Of a stretch of 32,937 nucleotides of DNA, positions 26,414 through 32,937 are shown one piece after another. The translations under genes and the position numbers were made by a program. The stretch's first letter is position 1, and each line of letters begins with the position of its first letter. Origin of the DNA: Platydemus manokwari (lineage: Eukaryota); contig JBBMOY011100329.1 in the NCBI GenBank assembly GCA_037951405.1, forward strand, positions 1 to 32,937. The letters are read 5' to 3'. The notes under the pieces were generated by a model. That model did no database searches, was not told where the DNA came from, and saw only the letters and a program-made list of their open reading frames with translations.

Positions 26414-28330
26414 ATGTCTTTAGATAACAACGCTCACAACGATTCTCAGAACAACGCTGGTAATAACAACAAAGGTAACAACAACATGTCCCAAGAAAAT
26501 TCCCTGTTCGCTCTGCTGGGCCAGGCAAACCTGATCTCTTCCACCTCTACTATCACCGAAGTCCGTGATATCGTTAAGAGCCTGGAAGACACTCTGGAAC
26601 ATCTCCAGAAGAACACTGCATCTCCGGCTCAGAAAATGGCTCTGCCGCAGCTGGTTCAGAACATCACTTCCGACATCTCTGGTCCGCTGCCAGGCATCAC
26701 TCTGTCTACCATCATCGGTGGCACTCGTTATGTCATGCCGGTTCTGTTCTACAAACAAGGCGTAACTGAGCAGACCGAAGTTATCCTGCTGGCTGGCGAA
26801 ACCATGCCGCGCGGTATCGCTAAAGTAGCGTCCAGCTTCATGACCCAGGAACTGATGGAGAAAGTTAAACAGTCTTCTTCTTTCCATGAAGGTAAAACTC
26901 TGAGCAAAGTTATCATCGTTGCTCCGACCGTACTGAACCTGGAAGCATTCATCAAGAATGCAGCTCGCGTTGAAGACGTTGCTGGCGATGTCCGTAGCTA
27001 CATTCTGAAAGAATGGTCTACTGCGCTGTTCAACTACGTTATCCTGGAAGTTGCTAAGCAGGGCGCTCAGTTCCCGTCTCCGTTCAAAGATGGCCAAGTA
27101 TTCGGTAAAGACAACGCCGCTGTTGCGCGCATCGAACCGATCAACAAAGCTATCATCGACGGTAAAGCAACTCCGTGGAACCTGGCTGTTAAACTGGCAA
27201 CCACCAACAAAAACAACACTCAGAACGTTAACAGCAATAACACCAAGTCTATTGCAACTACGTACCTGAACGTTTCCCTGGAATGCATGAATACTCAGCA
27301 GTTCATGCAGGCTCGTCAGAAGTTCCCAGGTAAAGTTGTTGGTCCTCTGGTTCCGGTTATCTCTACTGGCCAGACCATCCCAGGCGAAACCCTGAACAGC
27401 AACAACAGCATGATTCCGGTTCTGCTGGGTCTGTTCGCATCTATCGGCGCAAACAACATTCAGTACTTCTCTGAAGCCATCCGTGGTAAAGAAGTAGGTC
27501 ATCGTGGCAACCTGTCCAACTTCAACAACTACATGACTCAGATGCTGGGTCAGGCTTACGCTCAGTCTGTACTGACCGATAAGAACATCACCAACGCAGC
27601 AGTCGTTAACAACTGGCTGAACACCTATGTGGCACCGAACGCGGTTTACGTGCTGGATCTGGCTACCTTTACTGAAGACGTTTCTAACAGCGACTTCTGG
27701 TGGAACATCCTGCAACAGAAATCTGGTTCTATCTACCACAAAGCTCTGATCACCATGCTGGACGTCCTGACCGGTAACTCTTTCTCTACCATCATCGCTG
27801 AGAACGCAGCTAAAGGTCAGAACCGCAACCCAGGCACCGAATGGGTAATGGGCGACGATATCCTGACCCCGACTCCGATCCTGATGCCTACCGGTATCGC
27901 TCGTGCGAAAGACGGTAAGTGGTTCGATCTGGCTGAAGTTGATGGCATGTTCCTGCGTCAAGATCAGTACTACGGTAACAACGAAATCCTGACCAACGAG
28001 TACATGGGTCTGATTGGCGGTCAAACTCAGGGCGACCTGAAAATGCGTCAATACAACATCTACACTCGTCTGAATCAGCTGTTCGATACCAACGTTCAGA
28101 TCGATGGTTGGAAACGTCGTTTCATCTGGAAAGACGCATTCTTCCACACTCTGGCACGTGCAATGGCAAATGCTGGTACTCTGACCATGTCTTCCTCTAA
28201 CATGGCTTCTATGTGGACCATGCAGCACAGCAACGACTACCTGAACTACACCATGACTGCTGCTATCCAGCAGGGTATGCAAACTTCTGGTATGGGCGGC
28301 CTCTCTGGCGCATACAGCAACCACTACTAA
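26414..28330 (+). CDS. chmA: chimallin, major phage-nucleus shell protein
   Basis: 638 aa; lies between the polymerase/reverse gene and the nvRNAP beta' subunit; segments VAPNAVYVLDL, LDVLTGNSF, DGKWFDLAEVD and VQIDGWKRRFIWKDAFFHTLARAMANAG align by recall with 201phi2-1 ChmA; extreme high-expression codon bias. Confidence 0.9.
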   Translation: MSLDNNAHNDSQNNAGNNNKGNNNMSQENSLFALLGQANLISSTSTITEVRDIVKSLEDTLEHLQKNTASPAQKMALPQLVQNITSDISGPLPGITLSTIIGGTRYVMPVLFYKQGVTEQTEVILLAGETMPRGIAKVASSFMTQELMEKVKQSSSFHEGKTLSKVIIVAPTVLNLEAFIKNAARVEDVAGDVRSYILKEWSTALFNYVILEVAKQGAQFPSPFKDGQVFGKDNAAVARIEPINKAIIDGKATPWNLAVKLATTNKNNTQNVNSNNTKSIATTYLNVSLECMNTQQFMQARQKFPGKVVGPLVPVISTGQTIPGETLNSNNSMIPVLLGLFASIGANNIQYFSEAIRGKEVGHRGNLSNFNNYMTQMLGQAYAQSVLTDKNITNAAVVNNWLNTYVAPNAVYVLDLATFTEDVSNSDFWWNILQQKSGSIYHKALITMLDVLTGNSFSTIIAENAAKGQNRNPGTEWVMGDDILTPTPILMPTGIARAKDGKWFDLAEVDGMFLRQDQYYGNNEILTNEYMGLIGGQTQGDLKMRQYNIYTRLNQLFDTNVQIDGWKRRFIWKDAFFHTLARAMANAGTLTMSSSNMASMWTMQHSNDYLNYTMTAAIQQGMQTSGMGGLSGAYSNHY

Positions 28331-28365
28331 GTCCTGGTTGTAGTAAGATAGTTATCTTGAAATAA

Positions 28366-28397
28366 ACAGAGGGGTGGGTGAAAACCCATCTCTCTGT
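28366..28397 (+). terminator. GAAA-capped 14-bp hairpin after chmA (partial terminator or mRNA stabiliser)
   Basis: ACAGAGGGGTGGGT-GAAA-ACCCATCTCTCTGT; weak U-tract. Confidence 0.6.
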
Positions 28398-28423
28398 ATC
28401 TTCAATTAAGGAGTTTATTTTTT

Positions 28424-30013
28424 ATGTCAAGTATGGCAGAGATACTTAACAAATTCGCCGATGAACATATGGTCCCAAGCAAGCTGTTTGATGCAATGAT
28501 AGCAGCAGGCGGTGTAACTCCTCAGCAAGACGACCCAAGCTTTTATTCTCCGATTTATCCTGACTTCGTAGACTTCAATGCGAAACACGATCAATCGATC
28601 AGTACCCCAATCTATCTGAATGACTTTGACTTCAATATCGAAGAAGATCGTCAGGCAGTAGTGGAACTCCTTCGTACTGAATATGAAGGAAACAATTTCG
28701 ATACGGTAGCTTCTTGTGCATGTAAGAAATATCGTAGTAACATCTATTTAGGTTCTGGCTTTGTTTGTGAAGACTGTGGTCATGAAGTAACTAAACCACT
28801 GGCTAACAAAATCGAAACCAAAGTCTGGTTGAAACTCCCTGCTCGTGTAGAAGGATTCATCAGCCCGGCTATGTATGCGGTATTCTTAAGCAAACTGAAT
28901 ACCAAATCCCCAAAAGTAAACATTGTGGATTATTGGGTTAACTCTGATATCCGTAATGAAAAACGTTTCAAAGATCCATCTAACAACGCGTTCAAGATTG
29001 CCTGTAAGTTAGATGCTTTCCGTGAAACACTCGGTATTGAATTTGGATATAACAGTTTTATTCGCAACATTGATTTAATCATTCGTTCTGCAATTGAGAA
29101 CGATGTGGGTAAGATTCTGGATCTATCAGAATCTGATCGTGGTTATTTCTCAGAGTTCTGGGACCGTTATCGTCATAAGACGATATCTCGTTATTTACCA
29201 TTACCTAACAAAATCACCACTGTTGTGGAATCGGACCAACGTGACCGTTATGTCAACAAAGAGCAAACAGATCTGGATAAGATTTACTTTACTCTGGCGG
29301 ATACGTATCCTGAGTTCGATATTCGGGTTGATGAAAACGAAGAGTTAATGGGTAAGAACCTGAAAGCTCTTGTTGATGCATTGGCCGAAGTTCAAAAGAA
29401 TATCCTGTTCGGTAAGAAGGGGATGATCCGATATCACGCAGGTGCAGGTAAACTACCATTTACTGGTCGTTCTATTATTACCGGCGAATCTGGAGTATGT
29501 CGTTCGGATACGATTATTCTCCCATGGTTATACGGGATCACCTGTCTGGATAAACACTTGACTTCCTGGTTATATCGTAAAGGATATACACCGAAGAAGA
29601 TCAAAGAAATCATCCGAACAGCAGCTCACACTAAACTTCCAATTATCGAGGAATTCTATACTTGGATCGAGACTAACCGTTATGCAATGGTAACAGCTGG
29701 TCGAAATCCATCTATCCAATATCTGTCGGCTCGTGGATTCTTCTGTAAGTTTAACCGTGACATTGATGACAAATCTATCCGTATTCCAATCACTACGGTT
29801 AAGGAATTCGGTGCTGACTTTGATGGTGACCAAATGTATGTCATCTTCATCCCTGACATGATGTCTAAAATTGAAGCGTATTCGAGCTGGGGACACCACC
29901 AGATGTTGGACCCAAACAAACCGTTTACGACAAGTCGTTTTGCAACTCATACCAAAACCAACCTGTTGAACGTTAACTCTCTGTTTATTGATGTCCCGAT
30001 TGAGGAGGACTAA
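28424..30013 (+). CDS. non-virion RNA polymerase beta'-like subunit, N-terminal part (phiKZ gp55-56.1-like)
   Basis: Zn-binding CxC...CxxC, LFGKKGMIR...TGRSII, RNPS and catalytic GADFDGD. Confidence 0.93.
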   Translation: MSSMAEILNKFADEHMVPSKLFDAMIAAGGVTPQQDDPSFYSPIYPDFVDFNAKHDQSISTPIYLNDFDFNIEEDRQAVVELLRTEYEGNNFDTVASCACKKYRSNIYLGSGFVCEDCGHEVTKPLANKIETKVWLKLPARVEGFISPAMYAVFLSKLNTKSPKVNIVDYWVNSDIRNEKRFKDPSNNAFKIACKLDAFRETLGIEFGYNSFIRNIDLIIRSAIENDVGKILDLSESDRGYFSEFWDRYRHKTISRYLPLPNKITTVVESDQRDRYVNKEQTDLDKIYFTLADTYPEFDIRVDENEELMGKNLKALVDALAEVQKNILFGKKGMIRYHAGAGKLPFTGRSIITGESGVCRSDTIILPWLYGITCLDKHLTSWLYRKGYTPKKIKEIIRTAAHTKLPIIEEFYTWIETNRYAMVTAGRNPSIQYLSARGFFCKFNRDIDDKSIRIPITTVKEFGADFDGDQMYVIFIPDMMSKIEAYSSWGHHQMLDPNKPFTTSRFATHTKTNLLNVNSLFIDVPIEED

Positions 30014-30687
30014 TGTTAAATGCAACGAGCGCATTTACCCGTGGTGTAAGTGGGTCGATGACCGATGCGAGTGCAGGTGCTTATGACCGGTATATGGCTG
30101 GCTTTTATGAGAAGTATGAAAACCTGAGCGGGTGGCTTGGAGACACTCTGAACTCGGTTAAAGATGCTCATAAGAGTTTCATGGAAAGTCGCATGTGGGA
30201 ATTCTCTAACCGCATGAATGGTAAAGACGGACAATATGTAGGACGCTTTGATATCGGTTATCTGTCTGAGGTTAAATACCAACAGCAGGCAACCGGGTTT
30301 ATGCGTGATTACATTATGGCCAACCCATTACTTCAACAGCTCTGGCTGGACGAACGTGTTAGTGGTTATGATGGTGATTTCAACAACCTGTGCTCTGGCA
30401 TCGGTCGTGATAACTATTATTACAACAAAGCACTGGACGGTAGAGTCAACTTTGATGCTGAAGCAAATACTCTTACTCGTACCAATTTCACACATTCCCG
30501 TGATAACATGACACATCTGACTTTCAAAGAACGTGTTGATATCCATCGTACTTGGCAAGCTACCAATTTACATATTGCAGCTAACCTGTTCGATCCGACA
30601 TCTGTTATCGGTGGTGATATCTTATCCATGGAAGAAGTGGAAGAACGTCGTAGACAAGCTGAAGAACGTAATTCATCTGAAGATTAA
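30013..30687 (+). CDS. conserved phiKZ-like core protein following the nvRNAP beta' subunit
   Basis: QQA..FMRDYIMANP...SGY motif recalled from phiKZ-like core genes; TAATG coupling. Confidence 0.65.
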   Translation: MLNATSAFTRGVSGSMTDASAGAYDRYMAGFYEKYENLSGWLGDTLNSVKDAHKSFMESRMWEFSNRMNGKDGQYVGRFDIGYLSEVKYQQQATGFMRDYIMANPLLQQLWLDERVSGYDGDFNNLCSGIGRDNYYYNKALDGRVNFDAEANTLTRTNFTHSRDNMTHLTFKERVDIHRTWQATNLHIAANLFDPTSVIGGDILSMEEVEERRRQAEERNSSED

Positions 30688-30691
30688 CTAA

Positions 30692-30748
30692 AAGGGCAAT
30701 GGGGTGTTAACCCCGTTGTCCCTTAATCTGTACTTCTTTTTCTTTTTT
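30692..30748 (+). terminator. intrinsic terminator
   Basis: AAGGG-CAATGGGGT-GTTA-ACCCCGTTG-T-CCCTT followed by long T tracts. Confidence 0.7.
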
Positions 30749-30767
30749 GTTTTCAGGAGCATTAAAA

Positions 30768-31094
30768 GTGGAAATTTACAAAGATGACCTTATTACCGTT
30801 CGACGTCATGCTGATAACCCTAACTACTTTAAAGCGTATAACCGTCGGGGCGATAAGTTAGGTAAGTTTTTATTCCAACAAGGTCTCGTTAATGAAGAGA
30901 CAGGAGCCAATGGTTTGACAAACGAAGCGCTGATTGCGATTGTGATCAACCGTTTGGAATGTCAAAACCAAGGTAAGTTTAAATCGGCACATAACGACAA
31001 AGCTCTGGAATGTTTACGTTCTGCTGTGGTTGCTTTGCAACTGCGCCATGCAGATCGTGCAGACCGTTCAGTGTCTAATAGCCATAAGGAATAA
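30768..31094 (+). CDS. tad1: Tad1-like anti-Thoeris/anti-CBASS signal sponge
   Basis: FQQG...E.GANG...E.LI.IV..RL.....G.F....N..AL.......L..R..DR..R.V matches the recalled Tad1 pattern; GTG start after AGGAG. Confidence 0.75.
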   Translation: MEIYKDDLITVRRHADNPNYFKAYNRRGDKLGKFLFQQGLVNEETGANGLTNEALIAIVINRLECQNQGKFKSAHNDKALECLRSAVVALQLRHADRADRSVSNSHKE

Positions 31095-31096
31095 AG

Positions 31097-31567
31097 ATGT
31101 CCAATCAAGGTTACTCTGAGCTTCAGGTAGACCTCAAATCCGGAATTAAGTTAAGTAAGGTGATTAATAAGTTCGAAGAACAACTTGACACTGAACTTAA
31201 TGTGATTCCGATAAATAAGCTCCATGCGACACTCATGTACGATGTTCGTAATCCCGACATCTTCCCCTCTAAGTCTAATAAAGTTTATCGGGCTAAAGTG
31301 GTTGGTGTGGATAAGCTTGGTGACGATAGTTCCAAATGGAATGCCGCCGTAATACTTCTTGAATGTAAAGAAGTTAAAGATCGTTTCAAGCAACTCCTCA
31401 ACGAAGGGTTTCAACACTCCTACGATGATCTGTTGATCCACGTTTCATTATCCTACGGTGAAACCACAGGCTTAATCTTCCCTCTTTTAGAGAAAGCATT
31501 TGCTGCTGGTGAGTTACCAGAGTACATCACTTTGTGTAACGAGACCTGGGATTCGTGTGACGACTAA
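31097..31567 (+). CDS. acb1: Acb1-like 2H phosphodiesterase (T4 57B family, anti-CBASS)
   Basis: Two HxT/S motifs: IPINKLHATLMY and GFQHSYDDLLIHVSLSY, matching T4 Acb1 VPREKIHSTICY and GATHDFDDYTPHITLSY by recall; 156 aa. Confidence 0.8.
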   Translation: MSNQGYSELQVDLKSGIKLSKVINKFEEQLDTELNVIPINKLHATLMYDVRNPDIFPSKSNKVYRAKVVGVDKLGDDSSKWNAAVILLECKEVKDRFKQLLNEGFQHSYDDLLIHVSLSYGETTGLIFPLLEKAFAAGELPEYITLCNETWDSCDD

Positions 31568-31635
31568 GCATGGGCTGACAGGGTGGATGGGAAACTGTCC
31601 AAGTTTTTGACCTACACGCCTAAGTGGAAACGCTT

Positions 31636-31788
31636 ATGTTTGATAACCCAGATAGCCTCGTTGTGGCGGCTTCTGCGCTCTTTGGTGGGTTGACTGTTAT
31701 GATTATCGTACCTGTCGCCTACAAAGGAATTGGTGCTGCATTGAGAGAACTTAAACCGTCAGCCATGACGGTTCGTAATAAACATTAA
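31636..31788 (+). CDS. small 50-aa single-pass membrane protein (below the ORF-track cutoff)
   Basis: MFDNPDSLVVAASALFGGLTVMIIVPVAYKGIGAALRELKPSAMTVRNKH; ends just before a terminator; weak RBS. Confidence 0.5.
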   Translation: MFDNPDSLVVAASALFGGLTVMIIVPVAYKGIGAALRELKPSAMTVRNKH

Positions 31789-31794
31789 GTTATA

Positions 31795-31846
31795 CAGGAT
31801 CTCCCTTAATTGGGAGATCCTGCTCTTTCTACCTTATTTTATTTTT
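31795..31846 (+). terminator. intrinsic terminator
   Basis: CAGGATCTCCC-TTAATT-GGGAGATCCTG perfect 11-bp stem plus T-rich tail. Confidence 0.75.
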
Positions 31847-31885
31847 ATCATCTTTTGATTAGTCTTACTATTTAGGAGCTTGATA

Positions 31886-32292
31886 ATGTCTAAAGGTGTT
31901 GTCGGGACGATGGATACAGTTGGATTCTTAACGGAACCTACTGTTAAGATCGACCGCTTAATTGCATACTGGTTTGCTAACCGTAAAGACCAGTGCCTAA
32001 TCATCCGTAATGTACACAGTTATCAATATGTGATTGCTAAACACCAGGGTGAGAAAAAGGCGAAGAACGGTTATTCCAAGATATAGAAAATAACCTCAGG
32101 GAGTATTTACTGGAGTGCTTTGATGCGGTTGAGGTCAGAGCCTGGGGTAAGCGAGACGATCCAAGTGATAAAATGTTTACACTGGTAATCTCTGGACAAG
32201 CTTCCCAAGATGGGGTTGTGTACGAACTTAATAAGTCCGTTCTAATTAATGGAAGTACTTATAAACTTATTGATGTTGGCCGAGGAGGCTAA
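31886..32292 (+). pseudogene. conserved phiKZ-like core gene (~135 aa) interrupted by a 1-nt frameshift at about 32054-32059
   Basis: AGGAG RBS and ATG 31886; frame 0 stops at 32086; the -1 frame from GAGAAAAAGG reads KGEERLFQDIENNLREYLLECFDAVEV...VGRGG* to 32292, abutting the next gene. Confidence 0.7.
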
Positions 32293-32293
32293 G

Positions 32294-32937
32294 ATGGCAA
32301 CTAAAGAAACATTCGAAGGTATTGATAAAGCTAAGCATGGTAAGCTGATGCGTTTTATGCAGAACAGCTATCGTTACGCTATGGTTGGCGGCAAGCAAGT
32401 TATCCAAACGGCTGACGGTGAGTTCATCGAATATGCCATTATGGATGAACAATTCTTCGTTGATAATTGGCTGATGCAATTTGCGATCGGTACGGTAAAC
32501 GATATCAATTATTTCAATCATACCGAATGGTCTCGCATTACTGATGGTTTCACCAAAGGTGTTATTGTTATTAATGAAGAGAAACAGCCTGTTTGTTTAA
32601 TCCGTAAATTTATTGACATGGATCTGAATGTAAATCAGGAATTCCATTTACAGAACGCTGCGCGTCATGGTTCTCAGGCTAAGTTTGTTCCTGATTCCAT
32701 GGAAGCCGACATGATTATCCAAAAGTTTGCCGATGATGTTGATGTGATCATTTCTCAGAATCCTGACTATGATACACTCACCGCAATGATCCCGCTGGAA
32801 TATTATCGTCGTCACGGTATCGAACCTGAAGCAGCCAAGAACGTTATGTACATCCGTGAACATTATGGTTGTTCTGATGAGAACTTAGACCGTGTACGTG
32901 AGATTATGTACAAGAACACCCGCGGGGAAAATATCTC
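32294..32937 (+). CDS. hypothetical protein, runs off the window end
   Basis: GAGGAGG RBS; MATKETFEGIDKAKHGKLMRFMQNSY... stays open to the end of the window. Confidence 0.8.
   Translation, partial: MATKETFEGIDKAKHGKLMRFMQNSYRYAMVGGKQVIQTADGEFIEYAIMDEQFFVDNWLMQFAIGTVNDINYFNHTEWSRITDGFTKGVIVINEEKQPVCLIRKFIDMDLNVNQEFHLQNAARHGSQAKFVPDSMEADMIIQKFADDVDVIISQNPDYDTLTAMIPLEYYRRHGIEPEAAKNVMYIREHYGCSDENLDRVREIMYKNTRGENI

Noticed and set aside
26420-28324. 634-aa antisense ORF overlapping chmA
   Set aside because: Codon-aligned shadow ORF caused by avoidance of TTA, CTA and TCA in the highly expressed sense gene; composition is unprotein-like
29570-30034. 154-aa minus-strand ORF
   Set aside because: Antisense to the catalytic region of the RNAP subunit
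30768-31094. Acb2 assignment
   Set aside because: Pattern fits Tad1 (FQxG...NG...RL...N..A...R..R) rather than the recalled Acb2 sequence
31570-31640. Hammerhead ribozyme or c-di-GMP riboswitch
   Set aside because: CTGACAG does not match the CUGANGA core, and the riboswitch consensus elements are not present; kept only as an unnamed structure
32267-32863. Minus-strand ORFs 32267-32521 and 32648-32863
   Set aside because: Antisense to an RBS-supported + strand gene starting at 32294 that the track omits because it has no stop within the window
1-32937. Assignment to a named phage or host
   Set aside because: Cannot be determined without a database search; only family-level and weak codon-based host inferences are supportable

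Overview
This window is part of a nucleus-forming (phiKZ-like, Chimalliviridae-type) jumbo phage genome, coded almost entirely on the + strand. (i) 1-575 is a non-coding stretch made of about 13 back-to-back stem-loops. (ii) 640-18713 is a dense block of small, mostly unassignable accessory (probably early) genes. It includes a four-member membrane-anchored paralog family, two tandem paralog pairs, a TraB/ChaN/EreA-like protein and a HigA-like HTH protein. (iii) 18832-30687 is the conserved core block: tubulin PhuZ, small core genes, the polymerase half of a split family-B DNA polymerase, a reverse-strand core gene, chimallin (ChmA) and the N-terminal beta'-like subunit of the non-virion RNA polymerase. 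(iv) 30768-31788 holds an adjacent Tad1-like and Acb1-like anti-defence pair plus a small membrane ORF. (v) The window ends with a frameshifted conserved gene and a truncated gene. A shared AYATTAT-N5-TGTA motif (candidate early promoter) precedes four transcription units, including chmA. All family assignments come from motif recognition and recalled reference sequences; no searches or folding programs were run.
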